A stretch of 51,282 bases of DNA, taken from Bdellovibrionota bacterium (GTDB taxonomy: Bacteria > Bdellovibrionota_C > UBA2361 > OMII01). The notes under the pieces were generated by a model that was not told where the DNA came from, made no database searches, and saw nothing but the letters and a program-made list of their open reading frames with translations. The DNA is taken from positions 1 to 51,282 of the forward strand of contig JBIKWQ010000013.1 of NCBI GenBank assembly GCA_044356215.1. Direction: 5' to 3'. The translations under genes and the position numbers were made by a program. Shown here piece by piece: positions 17,771 through 27,914 of the stretch; the stretch's first letter is position 1; each line of letters begins with the position of its first letter.

Positions 17771-18832
17771 ATGGTGGCGTTCCGTTACAAAAATGTGTGC
17801 CTTGAGTCGTGCGCTATAACAGTGCCACCCCAAGTTCTTACATCAGCCGAGATAGAGGACCGCTTGGCGGAGGTCTACCGTGACCTCGGGATCCCGTTTG
17901 GCACACTAGAGCGTTTGACGGGAATCGCGGCGAGAAACTTCTGGGATATAAAGGAGCGCCCAAGCACCCTCGGCACCGAGGTTGTACGTAAGGCCGTTGA
18001 ACAATCAGGGTTTGAGCTAAGCGACATGCGAGCGCTCTTTAGCTGCTCGGTTACTCGTGATTACTTCGAACCTGCTACAGGCTGCATCATTCACAACAAC
18101 TTGAAGATGCCAGAGGACTCAATCGCGCTTGATGTTAGTAACGCCTGCCTAGGTTTCATGGATGGTCTCTTCTTCCTCGCGAACCTGATCGAAACTGGAC
18201 ACGTTAAGGCGGGAGTAGTCGTGTCGGCGGAGCACACAAGGGTAATAGTAGAGAATACTTTTAAGAGTGTGCTAGAAGGGAAAACCTTATCGCGTGACCA
18301 GCTGTTAAGGATGTTGCCTACATTCACAATCGGATCAGGCGCGGTAGCTTATGTTCTCTGCCACGAGAGCATCTCAAAGCATAAGCGCAAGATCGTAGGT
18401 GGCGCCACTCGCTCGGCCACTCAGCACTGCGATCTATGCCTAGGAAATGTTGATTATCACCTGGTTGATGGGCCACCACTTGGTCCGGTGATGGAGACAG
18501 AGTCGTCTAAGTTAATAGCCGCGGCCGCTGTGCTTGGTAAACAGACATGGGCCGATGCCTCTGAAGTTCTAGGTTGGACGAAGCAGGATGTTGATCACGT
18601 CTTCTGTCATCAAGTTGGGCGTCAGGTAAACGAGGCGTTTTACAACACCTTGGGCTTAGATCACACGAAGGAATTTATTATATATCCGACCCGCGGAAAT
18701 CTCGTATCAGCCGCTTTACCTACAGCGTTCGCTGTCGGAGTTGAGGAGAAGGGGCTTAAGAAGGGCGATAAGATCGTTCTGACCGGATTTGGATCCGGCT
18801 TGAACTCGCTCTTTATGGGAATCGAGTGGTAG
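17771..18832 (+). CDS. oleA: OleA thiolase-fold acyl-CoA condensing enzyme (FabH-like)
   Basis: SVTRDYFEPAT, DVSNACLGF (catalytic Cys), FCHQVG, GNLVSAALP, GSGLNS..GIEW; adjacent to oleBC and oleD. Confidence 0.88.
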   Translation: MVAFRYKNVCLESCAITVPPQVLTSAEIEDRLAEVYRDLGIPFGTLERLTGIAARNFWDIKERPSTLGTEVVRKAVEQSGFELSDMRALFSCSVTRDYFEPATGCIIHNNLKMPEDSIALDVSNACLGFMDGLFFLANLIETGHVKAGVVVSAEHTRVIVENTFKSVLEGKTLSRDQLLRMLPTFTIGSGAVAYVLCHESISKHKRKIVGGATRSATQHCDLCLGNVDYHLVDGPPLGPVMETESSKLIAAAAVLGKQTWADASEVLGWTKQDVDHVFCHQVGRQVNEAFYNTLGLDHTKEFIIYPTRGNLVSAALPTAFAVGVEEKGLKKGDKIVLTGFGSGLNSLFMGIEW

Positions 18833-18848
18833 GAGTTTAAGCCTTTAG

Positions 18849-21458
18849 ATGTCGGCGCAGCTTCTTCCATTTCAATCTCGGTTCGTATCTGTAGCTGGAC
18901 ACCGGATGCATTACATTGATGAGGGATCAGGTCCCGTCATCCTCTCCTTGCACGGTAATCCGACTTGGAGCTTTCTCTATAGGAATGTAATCCGAGAGTT
19001 GCGTGACTCTTTTCGTGTAATCGCCCCCGATTTTTTAGGGTGTGGTTTGTCGGATAGAACCCCAGGCAAGCGCTTTAAGGCGATCGATCGGATCAATCAA
19101 CTTGAGGAGTTCGCTCAAGCTCTAGGTTTAAACAAGTTCTCGATGTTGATGCACGATTGGGGCGGGCCACTAGGGACTGGCTTCATGCTTCGTAGATTGG
19201 ATTCAATAGAGCGCATCATTTACCTAAACACTACGCTCACAGAGACAGAGAGCCTGCCGCCGATAATTAAATTAGCTGCTTTTCCAATAGTAGGAAGAGC
19301 GCTCACTAGGCACACTGCTACGTTTGTTAAGTTAACAACGTCGATGGGCGCGCACCGAAAGCTGACACCAGATATAAAAGAGGGGTATTTAGCTCCTTAC
19401 ATAAATCGCAAGCAGCGCGATGCTATCTGGGATTTCGTTGACGATATTCCTTTTGATTTTAGTCACCCGACATATTCGCAGATGGTGGATATCGCCGCGG
19501 GTTTGCCAGAGATTGCGCGTAAACCAGTTAAGATTATCTGGGGCTTAAGAGATCCGTGCTTCCACCGTGAGATGTTAAGCAAGGTCGCGGCGCATTTCCC
19601 GAATGCTGAGATCTTAGAGATAGCTGATGCCTCACATCTAGTTCTAGACGATGCTCCGCAGATAGCGATTCCAGCTATAAAAGAGTTCTTCTCACGCCCT
19701 TTGCAGAGAGAAGCAACTGCACCTGAAGCCCCAGCGGCCACCCGTGAAGATGGAAGTATCCATGTAATCTATGATCAGGTGATGCGCTTAGCTGAGGAGC
19801 AGCCAAACCTTTCGGCGGTGATTTCGCCTCGGTGGGTAAGAGATCCTATTAACGGCAGTGCTCTTCACTACGCGCACACTACCTACGGAGAGCTGGCCAA
19901 GCTTGTTAATCAGTATCAACGTGGGTTAGCTGATTCAGGGCTCGCTCCTGGTGACCGCGTTCTTATGTTGGTGCAGCCTGGAGCTGATTTCTTAGCCTTA
20001 AGTGTAGCGATAGCTGGACGGGGCGCCACTCCGGTTTTTGTGGATCCAGGAATCGGTCTAGAGCGATTAACGAAATGTATTCAAGACGCGGCTCCTCACG
20101 CCTTCATCGGATCTCCTAAGGCTCATATCCTAAGGCACCTCAAGCGCAACCTCTTTAGTCGCTTAAAGTTTTACGTTACCGCGGCAGAGTGGGCGTTTTC
20201 GAGAGGGAAGTCACTCGGGCACTTTAAGCGTTTCGCCAATGCTTCGCTTGCTCCAGTTCCTCTTCCTGTGGTTAGTCACGATGGAACTTTCAAAGCGAAC
20301 AACGCCGCTTTGATCGCCTTTACATCAGGAGCCACCGGAACACCAAAGGGAGTGATCTTCACTAATGAGATGTTGGCCGCGGAGCTTCGTTTGATCCGTG
20401 ATGTGCTTGGTCAGCAGGTTGGCGGAAGAGATCTAACTCTATTGCCGATCTTCTCTCTGTTTAATGTAGCGCTAGGTGTCGCGAGTGTTTTCCCATCTAT
20501 GCCTGTCGGTAAGCCGCTTGCACTCGATCCGGCTCAGGTTGTTAAGTTGGTGCACGATCTCTCAATTGATAGCTCTTTTGGTTCTCCTACTCTGTGGAAT
20601 AAGATAGCTGATTATACATTCCGCACTGGCGCAACGATGCCCACGATGAAGCGGGTATTTATGGCGGGTGCCGCTGTTCCGGCAGCGACCCTCTCTCGAG
20701 TGCAAGGAGTTCTCCCTAACGCTTTAGTTTCTACACCATACGGCGCGACAGAGTGTTTACCTGTTACCTTTGTTTCAGCTCCGCAGTTGGCCTCAACTAA
20801 CAGGGCCGCTGCAACTACAGGCGAGATGGGAACCCTAGTTGGTAAGGCTGTTCCTGGTGTTGAGATACGGGTGATTAAGAGCTCGCTTGAGGCGATAGAG
20901 AGGATTGATCAAGCGGTTAATCTGCCAGCGGGCGAGATCGGAGAGGTGATAGTTTCAGGAGAGAACTGTAGCCCTGAGTATCTAAATCGACCAGACGCTA
21001 ACAGGCTAGGAAAGATCGCCGACGCCGAGCGTGGCTTTTGGCATCGCATGGGGGATCTAGGCTACCTTGATAGCGAGGGTAATCTCTATTACTGCGGACG
21101 CAAGGCGCACTCGATCTATACAGCGGAGCGAGCGTTTCACAGCGTTCCAGTTGAGGAGATCTTTAATCAGCTACCTAAAGTAAGAAGAACCGCGCTAGTT
21201 GGGATTAACTCAGGGAAGGAGCCGGCGCTGGTTGTTGAGCCGCTGCCGGAGTTCTGGCCTGACTCGCAATCCAAAGAAGATGCTTTTAAGGGGGAGTTGC
21301 GAGATTTAGCGAGTCAGAGTCATTTAACTGCTAGTATCTCTACTTTCCTGTTTCACAAATCATTCCCGGTTGACGCGCGTCACAACGCTAAGATCTTTAG
21401 AGAGCAGCTACAAGAGTGGGCTGAGAAGTCGTTAGGTGATCAATCCAAGGCGGCCTAG
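18849..21458 (+). CDS. oleBC: OleB (beta-lactone decarboxylase, haloalkane-dehalogenase fold) fused to OleC (AMP-dependent beta-lactone synthetase)
   Basis: HGNPTWSFLYR, HDWGG in the N-terminal ~285 aa; FTSGATGTPKG, TPYGATECLP, WHRMGDLG, FPVDARHNAKIFRE in the C-terminal part; one continuous ORF. Confidence 0.88.
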   Translation: MSAQLLPFQSRFVSVAGHRMHYIDEGSGPVILSLHGNPTWSFLYRNVIRELRDSFRVIAPDFLGCGLSDRTPGKRFKAIDRINQLEEFAQALGLNKFSMLMHDWGGPLGTGFMLRRLDSIERIIYLNTTLTETESLPPIIKLAAFPIVGRALTRHTATFVKLTTSMGAHRKLTPDIKEGYLAPYINRKQRDAIWDFVDDIPFDFSHPTYSQMVDIAAGLPEIARKPVKIIWGLRDPCFHREMLSKVAAHFPNAEILEIADASHLVLDDAPQIAIPAIKEFFSRPLQREATAPEAPAATREDGSIHVIYDQVMRLAEEQPNLSAVISPRWVRDPINGSALHYAHTTYGELAKLVNQYQRGLADSGLAPGDRVLMLVQPGADFLALSVAIAGRGATPVFVDPGIGLERLTKCIQDAAPHAFIGSPKAHILRHLKRNLFSRLKFYVTAAEWAFSRGKSLGHFKRFANASLAPVPLPVVSHDGTFKANNAALIAFTSGATGTPKGVIFTNEMLAAELRLIRDVLGQQVGGRDLTLLPIFSLFNVALGVASVFPSMPVGKPLALDPAQVVKLVHDLSIDSSFGSPTLWNKIADYTFRTGATMPTMKRVFMAGAAVPAATLSRVQGVLPNALVSTPYGATECLPVTFVSAPQLASTNRAAATTGEMGTLVGKAVPGVEIRVIKSSLEAIERIDQAVNLPAGEIGEVIVSGENCSPEYLNRPDANRLGKIADAERGFWHRMGDLGYLDSEGNLYYCGRKAHSIYTAERAFHSVPVEEIFNQLPKVRRTALVGINSGKEPALVVEPLPEFWPDSQSKEDAFKGELRDLASQSHLTASISTFLFHKSFPVDARHNAKIFREQLQEWAEKSLGDQSKAA

Positions 21459-21459
21459 T

Positions 21460-22491
21460 ATGTCGCAAAAGAGATATGTAATTACAGGCGGCGGTGGATT
21501 TGTCGGCAAGGCACTAGGAAAGGCCTTAAGATCTCGTGGTCATGAGGTTATCAGTGTCTCGCGTGGTGATTATCCAGAGCTTAGAGCTTTAGGGATTGAG
21601 ACAAAAAGCATTGATATATCCTCTGATCCGGCAGAGTGGAGAGATTTCTTTAAGGGAGCAGATGGAGTTTTTCACACGGCCGCCAAAGTCGATATGTGGG
21701 GTGACTACAATGCTTTCTTCAAGACTAATGTAGTCGGCACAAGAAACTTAATTCAGGTCTGCCGCGAATTGGGGATCCGCCACTTCGTCTACACAAGCTC
21801 CCCGAGTGTGATTCACGATGGTAGTGATCTTGAAGGGATCGATGAGAGCTATCCGTACCCGAAACATTTTGACGCCTTTTACCCTGAGACTAAGGCTATA
21901 GCAGAGCAAGAGGTAGTAGCTGCTAATAATGGCGATACTCTTCGAACTGTATCTCTAAGACCCCATTTAATCTGGGGACCAGATGACACTAATTTGGTGC
22001 CGACTATTTTAGAGCGCGCCAGGGCAGGCAAACTTACTCGCATCGGAGCTGGTCAGAACCTAATAGATCTAACATTTATCGATGATTGTGTCTCAGCGCA
22101 TATTTTAGCGATGGAGGCGCTTGAGAGAGATGATTCCACTGCTCATGGCAAGGTCTACTTTATAAGCCAGGGTGAGCCGGTAAATATGTGGGGCTGGATA
22201 GATCAGGTGCTGCTGCGTAACGGCCTACCAAAAGTTAGGAAGTCGATCTCAAAAGGTACCGCTCTTTTTATAGCCAGAGCGATGGAGCGAGTCTCTAAGG
22301 TGCTAAGTAAGGTAGGAATAAATTACACTCCTCTACTAACAGAGTTTCTTGTCTCTGAGATGGCGACTCATCATTATTTCTCGATCGATGCGGCCAGACG
22401 CGATCTGGGGTATCAGCCTTCGTGCTCTATTGAGGAGGGGTTAAGGAGAACTTTTACCTCCCCAATCCACCCGAATCCGAATCCCAAGTAA
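21460..22491 (+). CDS. oleD: OleD 2-alkyl-3-oxoalkanoate reductase (extended SDR)
   Basis: TGGGGFVG, FHTAAK, YTSSPSV, YPETKA, LRPHLIWGP. Confidence 0.88.
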   Translation: MSQKRYVITGGGGFVGKALGKALRSRGHEVISVSRGDYPELRALGIETKSIDISSDPAEWRDFFKGADGVFHTAAKVDMWGDYNAFFKTNVVGTRNLIQVCRELGIRHFVYTSSPSVIHDGSDLEGIDESYPYPKHFDAFYPETKAIAEQEVVAANNGDTLRTVSLRPHLIWGPDDTNLVPTILERARAGKLTRIGAGQNLIDLTFIDDCVSAHILAMEALERDDSTAHGKVYFISQGEPVNMWGWIDQVLLRNGLPKVRKSISKGTALFIARAMERVSKVLSKVGINYTPLLTEFLVSEMATHHYFSIDAARRDLGYQPSCSIEEGLRRTFTSPIHPNPNPK

Positions 22492-22828
22492 AGGTTTTCC
22501 CAGTCCCTTTAGCGTGAGAAGCTGTGCCAGTAAAACCAGTAGGTCTGACAGCTACTGTTAGCTCTACCCCCGCTGATAGCTTCTTAATTCCGGGTAGAAG
22601 GGTGCAGCTCTCGCCAGAGCACGGCAAATAGGCATCATTCTCGAGAAAATACGCCTCTTCCGCCATCGCTACGGATCGGAGATCGATCTCAGCGCGGCTA
22701 TCAAAGGCGCTGGCGCGATAGCTGGCATAGCGTGGCAAAGCAACGGCTATAAGAGAGCTTATGATCCCCATAACAACAAGGAGTTCGATCAGGGTGAATC
22801 CGCCGGAGCATGTAAACTTATTAGACAT
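22454..22828 (-). CDS. Type IV pilin-like protein
   Basis: GFTLIELLVVMGII..L..VALP.Y N-methylation motif. Confidence 0.88.
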   Translation of the reverse strand: MSNKFTCSGGFTLIELLVVMGIISSLIAVALPRYASYRASAFDSRAEIDLRSVAMAEEAYFLENDAYLPCSGESCTLLPGIKKLSAGVELTVAVRPTGFTGTASHAKGTGKTFTWDSDSGGLGR

Positions 22829-22891
22829 TTGAATTTATCCCAAAGGTAGACGTGATGCGAAACAAGCTTATTTTTGTTCGGGCGATGGGAT

Positions 22892-22915
22892 AAAAAAGTT
22901 GCCGCCTTCGCGGCA
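22892..22915 (-). terminator. Probable Rho-independent terminator
   Basis: Minus strand TGCCGC-GAAG-GCGGCA then AC-TTTTTT, just downstream of ORF 22939-24168. Confidence 0.5.
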
Positions 22916-22938
22916 GGAAAGGGTTCTTCCGTGTCTCT

Positions 22939-24168
22939 CTAGAACGATGAGATCTGAGAAGATGGAGTCGGGGCGTTTAAAGCCTTATCACGACGCTTCA
23001 TCTCCTCGAACTTAGCGCGGTATTCGCGCCATTTTTTTAGAGAGATCAAGCATTGGGGCGACTGCCAACCGTCTCTGTGACAAACTGGAGAGGGCAGGTC
23101 GGGTAGCATCACCGTAGCCTGACCAACTAGATCGTAGCACTCCGGTAAGACAACCCTGTATCGCAGTTTACCAGCCCCCGTAGGAGGCTTCTCGCTGTTT
23201 GGATTCTTTATAACCTCGATCTTACGGAGGGCGATCTTTTTGTGATAATCGGAATTCTTAGCTTTAGCTAGTTCCTCCTCGGCCGCGGATAACAGTTTCT
23301 CTTGATACTCAGCTCTGAGAGCTGGCGGGATCTTTAGAAGTTTCTCGCGAATCTCTCTGATTGATGGATCCTCAACAGGTTTGTCCTCCTCTTTCGGGGA
23401 GACTGGGTCCTCTAGCTCGATCGCGACTATCTTGCAGGCGACGCTCATCGCTTGGTCGTAGAGTCTCATCGCCTCATCGCGGAGCTCATTTCGTTCCATG
23501 TCTTTCGCCGCCCCTGAGAAATCCTTGTTGATCTCGGCGATCGTTTCATTTATCGCTTTTAGACGCTCACGATCCTTGGCTGATAAGCCGACCTTTAGAG
23601 CGGGGTCGGGGATCTTGTCGAGGCTTGAGGTGGACGACGAAAAGCGCTTCATGCTCTGCTCGCGGTACGCATCAGAGCACGATGGTGACTCAATACCGTC
23701 ACGCAGGCAGACCGCCACGGGATTGTTAGGATAGATATCAAGGAGACGCTCCATCTTGGCGATGCAATCTGGATTCGTTGGAGATCCAGAGTACGAGAGT
23801 GTCTTCATCAGGTCGCCGAAGCAGCTTTTATTTAGGTGGTTCTCTAACGCGTTCACCAGGTCCGTAAGCGCGCGTAAAGATGGACGAGCTTTCCAGGCAC
23901 TCTCGGCCATCTCAAGTTTTAAGTCAGCTATATCTAGAGCCCCGATAGCTGAGGGCTTCGGCGTGCTGCTTGTCTCGCTAGGTCGGGTGTTAAGTGGTAC
24001 GACCTGCAGAGGCTGTTCAACAGGGGGAGTTTGAGCCAGGGATGAGCGTGGAGCGGTTAGAGCATTAATCGACAAAATGGCGCACAGAAGGGCCAAGACG
24101 CGCCGAGCAAATTGCTCGGATTTTATTCCTAAGAAATCAATCGCCATAAGCAGAAACTCCAGATACAT
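22939..24168 (-). CDS. Hypothetical secreted helical protein with several Cys
   Basis: 409-aa ORF, signal-peptide-like RRVLALLCAILSINAL..SLA. Confidence 0.65.
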   Translation of the reverse strand: MYLEFLLMAIDFLGIKSEQFARRVLALLCAILSINALTAPRSSLAQTPPVEQPLQVVPLNTRPSETSSTPKPSAIGALDIADLKLEMAESAWKARPSLRALTDLVNALENHLNKSCFGDLMKTLSYSGSPTNPDCIAKMERLLDIYPNNPVAVCLRDGIESPSCSDAYREQSMKRFSSSTSSLDKIPDPALKVGLSAKDRERLKAINETIAEINKDFSGAAKDMERNELRDEAMRLYDQAMSVACKIVAIELEDPVSPKEEDKPVEDPSIREIREKLLKIPPALRAEYQEKLLSAAEEELAKAKNSDYHKKIALRKIEVIKNPNSEKPPTGAGKLRYRVVLPECYDLVGQATVMLPDLPSPVCHRDGWQSPQCLISLKKWREYRAKFEEMKRRDKALNAPTPSSQISSF

Positions 24169-24325
24169 CCAGGGTATATGGAATGTCCCTCCATCGCAAC
24201 CTTAAATGGTTTCAATTACTTAGTCAGGTATTTTTTAGTCCCCAGGGGACCGGCTCGAACTTGATCCGCGGTGTGTCGTCTGCTACCGTTGAACGTTTAG
24301 TAACAGCCATAGAGAGAGAGTTGTA

Positions 24326-25330
24326 ATGACATATTCAGTGCTTGTATCGACCTCTAGTTTCATCGACACTCCTGGACCCCACGTTTCTAAGCTTCAAGAA
24401 GCTGGGTTTGAGGTGATTAAAGCGCGTGGTCCTTTAAACGAAGAGCAGCTTCTCTCTTATATCGGTGATGGAAATAAATTCGACGCCTTTTTGTGCGGCG
24501 AGGATGATTTTAACACGCGGGTTCTTCAGGCTGCGGCGCCAAGGGCGAAGGTCATAAGCAAATATGGGGTTGGTCTCGATAAGATCGATCTATCAGAGGC
24601 TGAGAAGCTTGGGATTAAGGTTACTAATACACCTGGGGTTAACCACACAACGGTAACGGAACTGACATTCGGATTATTGCTTAGCTTAACTCGTTACATA
24701 CCTGAGCAGAACGCGCTTGTTCATAAGGGCGAGTGGAGGAGGCATACAGGAAGAGAGTTAGCGGGTAAGACGATCGGTATACTTGGTTTCGGCAGGGTAG
24801 GAAAAGAGGTCGCCAAGAGAGCGATGGCGTTTGGGATGAATGTCAGGGTGTTTAACACCTCGTGGTCGCAGCAGCATGCTGCTTATTTAGACGAGCTTAA
24901 TCAGGTTTTCTCGCACAGTGTTTTCTCTGAGTATCGCCCAACTGCGGTGCGAGCCCCAAAGGATGATGATATCTTCCCGCACTCGGATTTCCTCTCGGTG
25001 CACATGAGCCTCACGCGCGATAATCAACACTTTTTAAATCGCCGTCGTCTGACCATGTGTAGGCGTGGTGTTTACGTTGTTAATGTAAGTCGCGGCGCTT
25101 TGGTGGATCAAAGAGCCTTGGCTGACCTTGTTCGCTCGGGGCACGTGGCCGGTTATGGAGCTGACGTTCTGGACCCAGAGCCAGTGCAGCCTGACAATCC
25201 TCTCTTGGGATTATCCAACGTGCATCTTACCCCGCACGTGGGAAGTCGTACTTATGAGAGCGTTGTGCGTCAGGGTTCCGCTGCGGTCGACAATCTGATT
25301 AAAGCTTTGGGCGAGTCTTCATCAAAGTAG
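24326..25330 (+). CDS. D-isomer 2-hydroxyacid dehydrogenase (phosphoglycerate dehydrogenase-like, no ACT domain)
   Basis: KYGVGLDKID, NTPGVN, GILGFGRVG, VNVSRG, DVLDPEP, TPHVGS. Confidence 0.88.
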   Translation: MTYSVLVSTSSFIDTPGPHVSKLQEAGFEVIKARGPLNEEQLLSYIGDGNKFDAFLCGEDDFNTRVLQAAAPRAKVISKYGVGLDKIDLSEAEKLGIKVTNTPGVNHTTVTELTFGLLLSLTRYIPEQNALVHKGEWRRHTGRELAGKTIGILGFGRVGKEVAKRAMAFGMNVRVFNTSWSQQHAAYLDELNQVFSHSVFSEYRPTAVRAPKDDDIFPHSDFLSVHMSLTRDNQHFLNRRRLTMCRRGVYVVNVSRGALVDQRALADLVRSGHVAGYGADVLDPEPVQPDNPLLGLSNVHLTPHVGSRTYESVVRQGSAAVDNLIKALGESSSK

Positions 25331-25370
25331 CGGATTCCTATCCGCTAGAAACAACGCCAAGTCATAGCTT

Positions 25371-26207
25371 ATGAACCTACTACGTTACCTGCCTCTATCA
25401 TATCTTAGTTGGTTTATAGGTGTCCTAGCTAACCTATCGCTACCGCAGCCTCTTGCTCGTTGGACGATAGGGATCTTCGCGGCGGCGTATGGGATCGATC
25501 CTAATACGGCGAACAGGCCGGTTAACTCTTATCGATCGATCGGTGAATTCTTTACCAGGGATCTTAAGCCTGAATTACGCCCTATTAGTGAAGGGCTGGC
25601 TTCTCCCGTTGATGGAACTCTCCGCGATTGTATCACTCTAACCCCTGGATCACTGATACCGCAGGTAAAGGGGAAGGAATACTCATTGGCTGAGCTTCTA
25701 GGAGGAGATCTCTTAGTGAGCCGATTTGAGAACGGTTCGCTCTGGAATCTATATCTCTCTCCGCGAGACGCTCATCACATTCACGCGCCGCTACCAGGAA
25801 AAATAATTAAAACAACTCACATACCAGGAAAGCTCTGGCCAGTGAATGATTGGGCTTTAAATTCGGTCGATAAGCTTTTCGCGGTAAATGAGAGGATCGT
25901 TAGCTTTATCGAGACAGATCACGGTCTATTCGCGGTGATCATGGTTGGAGCGACTAATGTAGGCCGTATCTCGTTAAGCTACATGGATCTAGAGACTAAC
26001 AGGTATCCGTGGGCAAAGCACAACATACGTTCGTTTGATCACGACGGCGGTATCACGATCAAAGCTGGAGATAAGCTTGGCACATTTAAGATGGGCTCGA
26101 GTGTCGTTTTAATTAGCGAGAAGCGCTTCTCAAGCGAGTCAAGCGGACCAAGGCCTCGAACGGTTCAGTATGGTGAGCCGCTAATTATTCAGCATGTGAA
26201 GTGCTGA
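25371..26207 (+). CDS. psd: Phosphatidylserine decarboxylase proenzyme
   Basis: FFTRDLKP..RP, SPVDG, QVKGKEYS, YLSPRD.H..H.P, LFAVNER, VGATNVG, FKMGSSVV cleavage motif. Confidence 0.92.
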   Translation: MNLLRYLPLSYLSWFIGVLANLSLPQPLARWTIGIFAAAYGIDPNTANRPVNSYRSIGEFFTRDLKPELRPISEGLASPVDGTLRDCITLTPGSLIPQVKGKEYSLAELLGGDLLVSRFENGSLWNLYLSPRDAHHIHAPLPGKIIKTTHIPGKLWPVNDWALNSVDKLFAVNERIVSFIETDHGLFAVIMVGATNVGRISLSYMDLETNRYPWAKHNIRSFDHDGGITIKAGDKLGTFKMGSSVVLISEKRFSSESSGPRPRTVQYGEPLIIQHVKC

Positions 26208-26212
26208 GAGAC

Positions 26213-27646
26213 ATGATTAACTTAAGCAACGGCTACCTAAAACTCCCCGCTCTGTTCTACGAGCGGGTTCTGCCTACACCCGTTAGCTCGCCATCTTTAG
26301 TCGCCCTTAATGAGCCCCTCGCGGGTCAGTTGGGGATCGATATAGCTGCAGCCCGCTCGCCGGAGTACTTAGGTTTATTTTCTGGCAACTCCGTACCTGC
26401 ATCGGCAGAGCCTGTGGCGTTGGCCTATTCTGGGCATCAGTTTGGACACTTTGTGCCCATTCTAGGAGACGGAAGAGCGGTTCTTTTGGGAGAGGTTTTG
26501 ACCCCAGAGGGTAAGTCATTTGATCTGCAATTAAAGGGATCCGGCAGAACTCGTTTCTCAAGGCGTGGCGATGGGCGAGCGGCTCTTGGCCCGATGATAA
26601 GAGAATATATTATCGGCGAAGCTCTTCATTACTTGGGCATTCCGGCGACGAGAACGCTCGCGGTGGTGGCGACGGGAGAGGTGGTGGCTCGCGAAACTCT
26701 ACTTCCAGGAGGGATTCAAACGCGAGTAGCGAACGGCCACATTAGAGTTGGTAGCTTTGAATACGCAGCGGCTCACGGTGGAAAGGATGTAATTAGGGCC
26801 TTAGCTGATTATGTAATCTCTCGTAATTATCCAGAGCTTATAGGGAGTGAAGATCGTTTTTACGAGTTAGTAAAAGCTATCTTTATGAGGCAAGCGGCGC
26901 TAATAGCTACATGGATGCAAGTAGGGTTTATCCACGGCGTTATGAATACAGATAACGTCGCTGTCTCGGGAGAGAGTATAGATTTTGGTCCGTGTGCTTT
27001 TATGAACAGCTACGATCCGAATACTGTATATAGCGCAATCGACCGGGATGGAAGGTATTCGTATGGAGCGCAGCCTGAGGTGATGATGTGGAATCTAACT
27101 CGCTTAGCAGAATCGGTGCTGCCGATCCTTGATGATAATAGTGACCGAGCGCTTGAGCGGGCTAAGGAGCTGGTGAACCTCTTTCCTGGCTACTTTAACT
27201 CTGAGTGGCAGAGCTGTATTCGAGCTAAGCTGGGGCTAGTCACTAGCGAGCCAGGTGATGACACGATTATTAGAGAATTGCTTGAAGAGATGGTGAACTC
27301 TAAGCTTGATTTCACGGCGACATTTAGATCTTTATCTGGCGATCCTGTTTTCACCCTCTCAGAGAATCTTCATAAGTGGCGTGTTAGTTGGGAGGCTAGA
27401 ATAGATCCGAGCCGTAATCAGAGAGAGTTAGCGGATACTCTTACATCCATAAGGTCGGTAAATCCGGCGGTAATAGCGAGGAACAGCTTTGTTGAGGAGG
27501 CGATTAAACGCGGAGTAGAGCAGGGAGATTTTAGCTATATGAATTCCCTAGTCGCAGCGCTACGCGAGCCGTTTGTCAGTCACGAGGAGTTTGGAATTAG
27601 AGAGAGCGTAGACGAGCCGGGGTATCGAACTTTTTGTGGGACTTAG
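26213..27646 (+). CDS. selO: Protein adenylyltransferase SelO (YdiU family)
   Basis: YSGHQFG, LGDGRA, QLKGSGRT.FSR.GDGRA, GFIHGVMNTDN, IDFGPCAF, C-terminal YRTFCGT. Confidence 0.93.
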   Translation: MINLSNGYLKLPALFYERVLPTPVSSPSLVALNEPLAGQLGIDIAAARSPEYLGLFSGNSVPASAEPVALAYSGHQFGHFVPILGDGRAVLLGEVLTPEGKSFDLQLKGSGRTRFSRRGDGRAALGPMIREYIIGEALHYLGIPATRTLAVVATGEVVARETLLPGGIQTRVANGHIRVGSFEYAAAHGGKDVIRALADYVISRNYPELIGSEDRFYELVKAIFMRQAALIATWMQVGFIHGVMNTDNVAVSGESIDFGPCAFMNSYDPNTVYSAIDRDGRYSYGAQPEVMMWNLTRLAESVLPILDDNSDRALERAKELVNLFPGYFNSEWQSCIRAKLGLVTSEPGDDTIIRELLEEMVNSKLDFTATFRSLSGDPVFTLSENLHKWRVSWEARIDPSRNQRELADTLTSIRSVNPAVIARNSFVEEAIKRGVEQGDFSYMNSLVAALREPFVSHEEFGIRESVDEPGYRTFCGT

Positions 27647-27777
27647 GGAAGGGGGGGCATACGCACAACGTACTACGCCTGCCGCCTGTCGTAGTTGAGG
27701 TTGCGTTCATCGGACCGCGCGCCTCTGGCGCGCTTGTTCAGCATGTGACATGCGTACTGCGTCTATCGCGATAATCC

Positions 27778-27870
27778 TCACCCCCTATCCTCCGGCAGAA
27801 CCAGCGGAATTCTCACGTTTCTATGTATCCTATATAACGGGAAATCAGAATCAGTGGTTACTACGACTGC
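27778..27870 (-). pseudogene. Possible 3' remnant of a PIN-domain (VapC-like) toxin gene
   Basis: Minus frame reads AVVVTTDSDFPLYRIHRNVRIPLVLP*, resembling the T-x-D-x-D-F-x-x-Y-R C-terminus of PIN proteins; no N-terminal part. Confidence 0.45.
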
Positions 27871-27914
27871 TGCAAAGATAAGCACGATAAAGATCACTAG
27901 CAGCTTGGCAGCAG

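Noticed and set aside
26085..26110. Psd cleavage motif MGSS instead of LGST as a sign of inactivation
   Set aside because: The essential Gly-Ser is intact, so this is an ordinary variant
27620..27646. Selenocysteine recoding at the SelO C-terminus
   Set aside because: Ends TFCGT followed by TAG; no in-frame TGA
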